Source: an uncultured Pseudomonadota bacterium (GTDB taxonomy: Bacteria; Pseudomonadota; Alphaproteobacteria; Rs-D84). From it: 64,000 bases of DNA. The translations under genes were made by a program, and so were the position numbers. Shown here piece by piece: positions 29,899 through 38,400 of this stretch. The DNA lies in the NCBI GenBank assembly GCA_949298405.1, contig CASFWA010000001.1, positions 285,127 through 349,126 on the forward strand, written 5' to 3'. The notes under the pieces were generated by a model, which made no database searches, was not told where the DNA came from, and saw only the letters and a list, made by a program, of their open reading frames with translations. The first letter of the stretch is position 1. The number at the start of each line of letters is the position of its first letter.

Positions 29899-30453
29899 AT
29901 GGAAGAAAAAGAAGTAAAAGTAGATGAAGTGTCGATTTCTGATACTGCAAATGAAGATGTTAAAGAAAAAACAGTAGAAATAGAAACCCCAGAAAGTGCA
30001 GAAGAAACCTCTAAAGAGGTTGCTGAATTAACTGCAAAACTTTCCGAATTAAATGATAAATATTTGCGTCTGGCGGCAGAATTAGAAAATACGCGTCGTC
30101 GTGCTGTGCTGGACGCAGAATCTAGTGCACGTAATAGGGCGATGTCTGTCGCAAAAAAGTTTTTACCTGTTATGGATGCGGTTGAGGCAGCGTTAAAACT
30201 TAATCCTGATGATGAAGGGATAAAGTCTATGCAAATGGCTTTGCTTGATGCTTTTGCTCAAATCGGGATTACTAAAATAGAATCTGTAGGTCAGGTTTTA
30301 AATCCACAATATCATAATGCTATCCAAGTCGTTGAAGTTCCAGAAGAAAACGGGAAAAAATTGGCTTCTAATACAATAGTTGAAGAAATGCAGCCAGGGT
30401 ATATGTTTGGTGATACTGTTCTTCGAACTGCAATGGTTGTTGTTGCTAAATAA
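29899..30453 (+). CDS. grpE: nucleotide exchange factor GrpE
   Basis: Acidic N-terminus, coiled coil LRLAAELENTRRR, C-terminal beta domain. Confidence 0.9.
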   Translation: MEEKEVKVDEVSISDTANEDVKEKTVEIETPESAEETSKEVAELTAKLSELNDKYLRLAAELENTRRRAVLDAESSARNRAMSVAKKFLPVMDAVEAALKLNPDDEGIKSMQMALLDAFAQIGITKIESVGQVLNPQYHNAIQVVEVPEENGKKLASNTIVEEMQPGYMFGDTVLRTAMVVVAK

Positions 30454-30481
30454 AAATAACCGCCATTTCTGGCGGTTGTTT

Positions 30482-31570
30482 TTATTGATTTATTTTTACT
30501 GGTATTATTGTTTCTTGCTCTTTTTCATCAAGTGGTGCAGATTGAAACGGAACATTCGCAAAATCTATCTTGGCCATATCAATAGAACGAATCGTTCTGT
30601 TATACATTGTGTGATAATATATAACTCTGTCTTTCATATCTGTTGCAATTGTCCATTGGGTCGCAGAAGGCATATCAACAGGTGCTTTGCCAACAGGGAA
30701 TTCTGTGCCAAGTGGAACATCAAAGTTATTTAGTATATGAAATGCTAACATTGCCGAATCGTATGAAGTGTCTTGCTGAATAGAGTATGTCTGGAAGAAA
30801 GAAGCACGAACGAATCGGGAAGGTGGGGTCATATCACCAGGAAGACCAAGCAAGCCACTACCTGCGCCGAATGCGGAAAGCGTTATCCCACCCATTTTTA
30901 CAGGACCTGCTGTTCCTGGCATAAGATTTACATAATTGTTTAGGTTTTTAATTTGCCATGGGAAATTGGGCGAGTTAGTTAAAACGCCTAATTCGTTTTC
31001 GTAGATTTGTGGTTTACCGTCAACAATTTCTATAACTATTTGTCGGCCGGTAGAATCTGTTACACGCCAGTGTGCAGTTGATGCGTTTGGATAGATGCCC
31101 ACAACATCAATATTTTGAATTGCTGCTTTTACTTGGTCTATGGTCGAAAATCTTGATAGTATCCAAGACACTAACTGAAAGTCTGATATTGTTTTCCCCT
31201 TGTTCGCAGGATTGTATTTCGGATATTGACCATAGCCTGGAAAATAGAATAGGGCAGCAGACAGACCCGCTTCGTTCATACCGTCAACAACCCAACCTGG
31301 TTCTACAACGGCCAAGCCGACGTATCCATACATGCTGGAAAATGTCATACCACCCGAATCACCGTCAGGTAGCATAGATTGCTGAATATGATTGCGCGGA
31401 ACAATTACATAAAGGTTTTCCATTTCGGATTCACCCCATTCAATTGTTCTTGCAACTACAACGCCATTATCTTTGGATTTCAGTGTGATACCCGTACAGG
31501 CATCGGCCACTGTTGCGCTGGTCAAAGTCATGATGACCGCCAGGCTAAAAATCAAGTTCTTCTTTTGCAT
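30482..31570 (-). CDS. secreted choloylglycine hydrolase / linear amide C-N hydrolase (Ntn family)
   Basis: Signal peptide ending ...ATVADA, followed directly by CTGITLK (N-terminal nucleophile Cys); size typical of the penicillin V acylase / bile salt hydrolase family. Confidence 0.75.
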   Translation of the reverse strand: MQKKNLIFSLAVIMTLTSATVADACTGITLKSKDNGVVVARTIEWGESEMENLYVIVPRNHIQQSMLPDGDSGGMTFSSMYGYVGLAVVEPGWVVDGMNEAGLSAALFYFPGYGQYPKYNPANKGKTISDFQLVSWILSRFSTIDQVKAAIQNIDVVGIYPNASTAHWRVTDSTGRQIVIEIVDGKPQIYENELGVLTNSPNFPWQIKNLNNYVNLMPGTAGPVKMGGITLSAFGAGSGLLGLPGDMTPPSRFVRASFFQTYSIQQDTSYDSAMLAFHILNNFDVPLGTEFPVGKAPVDMPSATQWTIATDMKDRVIYYHTMYNRTIRSIDMAKIDFANVPFQSAPLDEKEQETIIPVKINQ

Positions 31571-31629
31571 ATTGATATTATGGCAATTTTAAAGATACTA
31601 AGCAACGGGAATGAAATCGCCGAGACTGT

Positions 31630-32319
31630 TTACTGGGCCAATAATTTTTTTATTTCTTTTATCAGTTTATCTGTTTCTTGATTAGACCAGTCTTCACAGT
31701 ATCGTGGGTGAGAACATAATATAATCGTTTGTCCGTTATTTAGATTTATCAGAACTTTATTGTGTTTAGATGATTGTAATGATAGTTTGTTTTTTTCTTT
31801 ATCGAATTCTGAGGTGCAAAAGATTTCTAAAAATTGAGTCCAGTTTTTTTTTCCGAAACAAATTATGACATTTGCATTCTTTTTAAATTCTTGCCATTCG
31901 TTGTTGTTTGTTCTGGCGGATAGACATGCTTCTTCGTATTCTTGTCTGGTGTTTAGGCCAGTCAGTTCATATAAGTATTTTGTATCACAATCATTTGCGT
32001 TATAAAATGCAAAAGGAAATAAATTAGTACAATAAAAATTATTAGACTTATACATATCGTCCGCAGAGATGTTAGAATCAATAAGTCCTAAATGTTCAAG
32101 TATGTATTTTATCTTTTTGTTAAAAGGACCTGTTAGGTCTTGCCCAGAAAGTTTTGTGTATTCTGGTATGTTTAGTAAATTGAGATTATGTTCTTTTTGT
32201 GGAGTGCCATACGCCATGTTTTCAATACCGCAAAACCATAATTTAGCATTGGGGTTACCACCGTTTTCGCCTTTGCGGAAATTTTTTAGCATTGTGCTGA
32301 ATTTTTCTTTGTTATTCAT
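31630..32319 (-). CDS. hypothetical protein
   Basis: 229-aa ORF overlapping the ASCH gene stop by 8 nt (operon). Confidence 0.55.
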   Translation of the reverse strand: MNNKEKFSTMLKNFRKGENGGNPNAKLWFCGIENMAYGTPQKEHNLNLLNIPEYTKLSGQDLTGPFNKKIKYILEHLGLIDSNISADDMYKSNNFYCTNLFPFAFYNANDCDTKYLYELTGLNTRQEYEEACLSARTNNNEWQEFKKNANVIICFGKKNWTQFLEIFCTSEFDKEKNKLSLQSSKHNKVLINLNNGQTIILCSHPRYCEDWSNQETDKLIKEIKKLLAQ

Positions 32320-32710
32320 TTGTTGCGCCCTTCAAATCAATGTTCCACAGACCTTGTTTGCCAGATACTTTAATAGGATTTTCAAGAATTTCTATGTTTT
32401 CTAGTTTCCATGCATAATGCCCAGGTTGCCAATCACCAAAGTCTATTTCTGTTTGAGGTTGTGATTTTATAAAGTCTTCCGTTATTAAAATGCAATCGGT
32501 TAAGTCTGCGATAACTATTATTTCACCGAAAGAGAAATTTTTTATATCGTATTTTTCAGATAATAGTTCGCGTTCTTTTGATAAAGGTTTAATTGAGGCA
32601 TGAATAGCAATTTTGCCCCTGTGTTTTGTAGGCCAAGAACGTGTTTCATAGGTTTTGAGACCTAGTGTGATCGCTTGAGCATAAGGTTGCCAGATAGTTA
32701 ATGTTTTCAT
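32312..32710 (-). CDS. ASCH domain protein
   Basis: MKTLTIWQPYAQAITLGLKTYETRSWPTKHRGKIAIHAS matches the ASCH/PUA-like pattern; start set to ATG 32710. Confidence 0.7.
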   Translation of the reverse strand: MKTLTIWQPYAQAITLGLKTYETRSWPTKHRGKIAIHASIKPLSKERELLSEKYDIKNFSFGEIIVIADLTDCILITEDFIKSQPQTEIDFGDWQPGHYAWKLENIEILENPIKVSGKQGLWNIDLKGATNE

Positions 32711-32758
32711 GGTTCGTATTATAAATATAAGTGGATAAAAAACAAAATGAATAAAATT

Positions 32759-32847
32759 GTCGAACCAAAGCAACAGTCGTTGCATTGTTGAACCATCGCC
32801 ACAGACCAATAATTAAACCCGCACAAGGCGGGTTGAATTCTTGGTTG
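32759..32847. repeat. 89-bp direct repeat, copy 1 (includes a terminator hairpin and the sequence CAACCA on the minus strand)
   Basis: About 4 mismatches against 34897-34985 on direct comparison. Confidence 0.85.
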
Positions 32848-33083
32848 TGCAATCTGTGCAATTCGCGAACTAACGAATACAACAATCTCATAAAACTTGG
32901 GAGGGAAATCAATACTGCTAAATCAGATTTTTTGCGCAGGCAACACTAATTGTTACATATCTATATGTTTTTTCAAGTAATTTATGTTCAAACATCAATA
33001 TGTTACTGATTGACAGCATATTGGCCGCTGACTACCATTTCTTGTGAAACCTATTGGTGGTTTCATAACCAAAAGGAACTACA

Positions 33084-33329
33084 ATGCTGAAATATTTGCT
33101 GTTAACCAAGTTAAAGAATGGCGCCACAATTGCATATTTGTGCGACCATCCTGATTCACAACCTGGCGATGTTGAGCCGTGTGCAGGTACGGATGTTCCG
33201 GACACACCTACAACAGGCATCGCCATTATGGATACTGATGGGGAATGGATAGAAATGAAAAAGCGTCGTAATGTTTCCCAGCGTTTGCAATTACAACGCA
33301 ATAATGTTATACGCCAACACGTCAGATAA
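33084..33329 (+). CDS. hypothetical small protein
   Basis: 81-aa ORF with AAAGGAA upstream; locally GC-richer; no homology recognised. Confidence 0.35.
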   Translation: MLKYLLLTKLKNGATIAYLCDHPDSQPGDVEPCAGTDVPDTPTTGIAIMDTDGEWIEMKKRRNVSQRLQLQRNNVIRQHVR

Positions 33330-33382
33330 CTAATTGAACACCCAAATTGCCATAATTTTATGGCAATCTATAATAATATTGA

Positions 33383-34654
33383 ATGGATCATAATTTTATG
33401 ATGACCTTGCCTATTATATTTTGTTTATCTAATGGAATTCCCGTCATTATGGATAATGTGGATTCTTTAACGTGTTCCATATCTGTTAATCTTGGCATTG
33501 GAACACAAAATGAATCACGCGACGAATACGGAATTAGCCATTTCTTAGAACATATGTTGGGGCAAGGTACGCATACACATTCATCATTTTCGCTGCTTAA
33601 CAGGCGACTTGAATCCTGTGGCGCGATATTGGATATTCGTACCAGTCTGGATGATATATCTTTTTCTGGAACGGTTTTGGCAGAAAACCTGAATGCGCTT
33701 ATAGAAACAATCGCAGACGAATTACAAAATTCTTTGTTTGATGACAGTGTTATAGAAAACGAAAAAAAAGTCATATTGGACGAACAACGGCGATATGTGA
33801 ATGTAAATTCCTGGTGGCTGTTCAAGGCAAAAAAATTGCTTGGCGCACATAACATCTTGGGTACCCCAGAAACAATACAATCTTTTGCTCGACAACATTT
33901 GTTAGACTATTACCACAGACATTTGTCCGCGGATAACATGTTAATAGTTATATCTGGCAAAATTAGTAACAAAGAAACATTGAAAAAACAATTGGAACAA
34001 TTATTTTCATGGATTCCAAAGCAAGATGTCAAAAAAGCATCAACAAACATTACACCAACAATTGCACATGACTTTATAAATGGTGCTAAAAATCAGAAAA
34101 TCACGTTTGCCTGGGCGGATTCAATAGAATCATCTGTCGCCAACCGAGATAGAAAGGCGGCAATGGGGCTTTTTAGAAAAATATTACAAAACAGATTGAT
34201 GCAAGCCGTTCGTGAACAAAGCGGCTTGTCGTATTCTATTCAATGTTCGACAATGGAGTGGGCGGGCGCAAAATTACACACCATAAATTCAGAAACCCTG
34301 CCTCAAAATATCGGGCGCCTTATCGCAAACACTGCAAACGTGTGTCGCAACATTGTATCGGACACACCAATTACAGCAGACGAGTTGCTTTCAGCGCAAA
34401 TGGTGGTAAAGCTACAAAATGCCCAAATTATGGAATTTGGCGCAAAACGTTGTGCACTGTATGCGAATTATTTCAGAAAATATAAAGCGGTATATAATGT
34501 ATCCACCGAAACAAACAGAATCAACAATCTTGTTTTGGGCGATATTATTATGGCTGGGCAGGATTTCTTTGCAACCCCAATTTCTATTCTAACCCAAGGC
34601 CCTGTATTGGAATGTGATGTTACAGACACATGGAATAAACATTTTGTTGTATAA
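33383..34654 (+). CDS. M16 (pitrilysin/insulinase) family zinc peptidase-like protein
   Basis: HxxEH zinc motif in GISHFLEHMLGQG; size fits a single M16 unit. Confidence 0.75.
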   Translation: MDHNFMMTLPIIFCLSNGIPVIMDNVDSLTCSISVNLGIGTQNESRDEYGISHFLEHMLGQGTHTHSSFSLLNRRLESCGAILDIRTSLDDISFSGTVLAENLNALIETIADELQNSLFDDSVIENEKKVILDEQRRYVNVNSWWLFKAKKLLGAHNILGTPETIQSFARQHLLDYYHRHLSADNMLIVISGKISNKETLKKQLEQLFSWIPKQDVKKASTNITPTIAHDFINGAKNQKITFAWADSIESSVANRDRKAAMGLFRKILQNRLMQAVREQSGLSYSIQCSTMEWAGAKLHTINSETLPQNIGRLIANTANVCRNIVSDTPITADELLSAQMVVKLQNAQIMEFGAKRCALYANYFRKYKAVYNVSTETNRINNLVLGDIIMAGQDFFATPISILTQGPVLECDVTDTWNKHFVV

Positions 34655-34772
34655 TGTCACTAAACAGCCCCTATTAATGTTGATCAACAAAAACAGTTCG
34701 AAAGTGGTAATTTTTCACCACTTTTTTATATTCAACTTTCGAACTCGCTGAAAATATTAGGAACCAAACAAA

Positions 34773-34804
34773 AACCCGCACAAGGCGGGTTGAATTCTTG
34801 GTTG
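34773..34804. repeat. 32-bp partial copy of the repeat (terminator hairpin + GAATTCTTGGTTG)
   Basis: AACCCGCACAAGGCGGGTTGAATTCTTGGTTG is identical to the ends of the two 89-bp copies. Confidence 0.8.
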
Positions 34805-34896
34805 GTCGCAGCTGATTCCCTCGGGCATATATAAATATATGTCCTGCGGGGCATTCGTGACGATTTGATTGCGCAGGCTTATCAAATCTACTCATT

Positions 34897-34985
34897 GTCG
34901 AACCAAAGCAACAGTCGTTGCATTGTCGAACCATCACCTCAGACCAATAATTAAACCCGCACAAGGCGGGTTGAATTCTTGGTTG
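34897..34985. repeat. 89-bp direct repeat, copy 2, overlapping the last 6 nt of tRNA-Gln
   Basis: See 32759-32847. Confidence 0.85.
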
Positions 34986-35053
34986 GGGCAGCTGGATTCG
35001 AACCAACACTGACGGAGTCAGAGTCCGGAGTTCTACCGTTAAACTATGCCCCA
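34980..35053 (-). tRNA. tRNA-Gln (anticodon CUG)
   Basis: Reverse complement TGGGGCATAGTTTAACGGTAGAACTCCGGACTCTGACTCCGTCAGTGTTGGTTCGAATCCAGCTGCCCCAACCA; U1-A72 acceptor, loop CUCUGAC, T-loop TTCGAAT, encoded CCA. Confidence 0.9.
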
Positions 35054-35105
35054 ATGCGCGCTTTATTATATATTAATTTTGCTTTTTTGCAATCAAAATA
35101 TTTTC

Positions 35106-35133
35106 TTGTCTTTTTATGTGCTTTTCGTATAAT
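35106..35133 (+). promoter_or_regulatory. sigma70-like promoter (TTGTCT-16-TATAAT) driving leader A
   Basis: Consensus -10; downstream TGAATCCAMAGGGAT is shared with leader B. Confidence 0.5.
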
Positions 35134-35139
35134 TTTTAT

Positions 35140-35378
35140 GAATCCACAGGGATGTGGTTTCGGGCCGTAAGAAAGCCAACCCAAAAGCAGCATAAGTTTT
35201 TTTATGCTGAAATGTAGGGATGATACACGGCGCGGATTTGCGCCATTTATTGTCTCTGAACCCCGTATCAGGTCGGGGAGCCGTCAGTTATAAAATAGGG
35301 TATCCCGAAAACTGGCGGGGTCATACTTTTGGGTGATTTTCTTAACTCCCCGACCGCCATTTCCTTGGCGGTTTTTTA
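35140..35378 (+). ncRNA. structured 5' leader A (riboswitch/attenuator-like, unclassified) ending in an intrinsic terminator
   Basis: Paralogous to 62433-62683. Helices GUCGGGGAG/CUCCCCGAC, CCGUCAG/CUGGCGG and terminator CCGCCA/UGGCGG+U6, all with compensatory changes in the paralog. Confidence 0.65.
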
Positions 35379-35476
35379 TAGGATTATTATCAAAAATATT
35401 TTTGTTGACGATAGTCCTAGTTATGATAGGCTTTTTGTACAGAAGGCCCAAAATAAAATTTAATAAAGGAGAAAGT

Positions 35477-38400
35477 ATGTCTACATACAAGCATCTAGCT
35501 GATTTATTAAAAATCTGCTCTGTGTTGCCGGTGCTGGCAGTTATGCCCGCAATGGCAGAGGATAATTTTGCTATAGAAAATCAAATTTATAGCGACTTAA
35601 TAGAAGGCAATGTTAATAAGGATAGTACACGTGGTGGTGCTATAACCATTAATTATAACACAAATGGTGTTACAGTTGCAGATGGAACCGTTTTTCAAAA
35701 TAATGAAACAGAAGTGTCTGCAGGTGGTGTTATAAAAGCCCTTAATGGATTTACTGTTGGGGATAATGTTAAGTTCTTGAATAATAAGGCAACAAAAAAA
35801 GGTTGGGGCGCAGGTGCTTTGTATATAAAGTTGGCTAATGGTGCGACTCCATCTGAAAATACAGATGTTGTAATTGGCAAAGATAGTTTGTTTGAAGGTA
35901 ATGTTGCGGGTCTTGGTGGGGCGATAGGTTTAGAATATGGTGATTTAGAAATTGCAGATGGTGCGCAATTTATTGGTAATGAATCAACAAGTGCAGAAGC
36001 AACACATGGTGGTGGTGCAATAATTGTTTGGCAGGACCAAAAAGATCGTCCAGATTTGCATTCAGCTTTGAAATTAAATGGTGCTACTTTCAGTGAAAAC
36101 TCTGCTGTAAATGTTGGCGGTGCTGTTGCTGTTTTTGATACAGGTGCAAAAGTAAGTATGATAAATACCGTATTTGGTAATAATTCTGCTAATAAAGGTG
36201 GAGCTATCTATAATGAAGGTGAAATATCCTTAACTGGTGATACACAGTTTGTTGAAAATTCTGCTTCAAATACTGGTGGGGCAATCTTTAATGCATCCGA
36301 AGGTGTTATAACAGAAATTTCAAATGCTTTGTTCCAAGGTAATAAGGCAGAAAATTATAAAGATGCAGAAGCAGAATTAAAAAAAGACGTCTATGCCCAG
36401 GGTGGTGCTATTTATAATTTGGGTGAAATTGGTGCCGTTACAGGTGATTTTTCTAATAATACTGCACATACAAAGTCAGAAACCGCAAGTAAAGCAACTG
36501 CAAATGGTGGTGCGCTGGCTCTGTATCAAAGTACAATAGAAAGTATCACAGGTAATTTTGTTGGTAACGCAGCAATTGCAGAAATTGTCGGCAAAAATCA
36601 TGATTATTCAGATGATATGGTTTCTCAGGATAAGTTAGTTTCTGCTGGTGGTGGCGCGATTCATATCGAAGGTAAATGGGCAACTGGTGATACAACAAAA
36701 ATCGGTTCCATTAATGGTAACTTTGTAAATAATAGTGCAACTGGTGATGCTTATGCAAATGGTGGTGCTATTTATATCAAAGCAGGACCAAACACAGATG
36801 TTTCTATTGATAAAATCACAGGCGACTTTATAAATAATAAAGTTGTTGCCGTGACAGATAATAAAGACATAGCAAAAACTTCTACTGGTGGTGCTATTTC
36901 TATCAAAGAAGCAAGTGGTAAAACTGCAACAGTTGATGTAGAAGGTAATTTCGGTGGAAACAGCGTTACAACAAATGCGACAAATGCTTTTGGTGGTGCC
37001 GTTTATAATGAAGGCACATTTACTGCAAAAGGTAATTTCCAGAATAACTTGGCTTTCTCTAATACCGGAAAGGTTTATGGTGGTGCATTGTATAACAAAG
37101 GAACTGCAAATATCACAGGTCACTTTGTAAATAACGCTGCGCAATCAGAAGACCATGTAAGCGGTTTTGGTGGTGCTATATTTAATGACGGTGATTTAAC
37201 ATTAGCAGAAAATACAACGTTCTATGCAAACCGTGCAGATAATGCAGGTGGAGCATTGTATAATGGTGGTAAAATTGAAAATCTGTCGGGTATAACATTT
37301 AGAAATAATTATGCTTTTACAGGTGGAGCAATTAATAACGCTAAGGTTAATGCAGATGCGACTGCGGGGTATATAGGAACAATTGAAAATTCTTCGTTTG
37401 TAGGAAACTTTGCCGCTGCTTCACAAGGGGGGGCGATTCGTAATCAAGGTGTTATAAACGATATTAAAAGTTCTCTGTTCGAAGGGAATGTGGCAGCTAA
37501 TGGCGGTGCCTTGAATAACGGTACATGGGGAACTGTTGTTAATAGCATTGTAGATACTCAATTTATTAATAATACTGCTTTGACAGGTATAGCTCAGGGT
37601 GGTGCAATTGTTAATGCGGGTACAATCGGTTTGATTGATAATTCAACTTTTGCCGGTAATCAGGCTGGTAAATTAGGTGGTGCTATTGCAAATGTGACAC
37701 CACAGGATTCTAGCAACCCAGAAAAAGTATCTGAAATTACTTTCAATGGCGTTACTTTCACAAATAACGTTGCTGGTGTAGAAGGTGGTGCTATCTATAA
37801 CAAAGGTGCGATCACTTTCCAAGGCGATAACGTTTTTGCAGGCAATACTGCTGCAGGTGTTGCAAACGATATCCATAACTTAGGTTCCTTGACTTTTGCT
37901 GATGGCACAACCATCATTGGTGGCGGTATCACAGGTACAGGTTCTTTGGATTTGAACGAAGGGGCTACTCTGAATATCGGTGCTAACACAATCAATCAGG
38001 GTACAATGAACATCAATGGTAATGTTGCTGCTTCTATCGTAAACTCTCAGTCTTACGGTAAATTGGTTGGCGACTTGACTGTCGGTGATTCCGCAGAACT
38101 TACATTGAATATCGGTGCAACTGGGGTTTATAATATCTTTGCAGATGAAGACCTTGAAATTGCTAATCTGACAATCAATGCAAATAATGCTTTGTATAAT
38201 GTTTCTATGGATGGCAGTGCTATCGTAGTTGAAACAAAAGCTGTCGAAGAAATTGCAGCCGCAACAAACTTGGCAGTAGATACTGCAGGCGTTTTGGCAG
38301 GTTTGGCAAATAGTGATAGCTATGAAATGGGAATAGCTTCGTTGGTAGCTCAGCAGGCTTTGGCAGAAGGTAATACAGAATATGTTGAAGCAGAATCTGC

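Noticed and set aside
34799-34900. Two-piece (permuted) alphaproteobacterial tmRNA or a tRNA pseudogene upstream of the 32-bp repeat copy.
   Set aside because: I could find no tag-peptide reading frame ending in the usual ...AA-stop, no T-arm, and no acceptor pairing. Left as an unclassified candidate RNA.
32759-35053. Intact integrative island or prophage at tRNA-Gln.
   Set aside because: There are no integrase, excisionase, transposase or phage genes between or beside the repeats. Only a remnant or duplication scenario is supportable.
34674-35054. 126-aa minus-strand ORF.
   Set aside because: It consists of tRNA-Gln plus the repeat/terminator units, so it is not coding.
35140-35378. Assignment of the paralogous leaders to a known riboswitch class (ZTP because of ACUGGCGG, guanidine-I because of UAGGGU, c-di-GMP because of the CCCGAAA tetraloop-like element).
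   Set aside because: The apparently matching bases lie in helices that covary between the two copies, so they are not conserved ligand-contact positions. The remaining consensus elements of those classes are absent. Left unclassified pending a covariance-model search.
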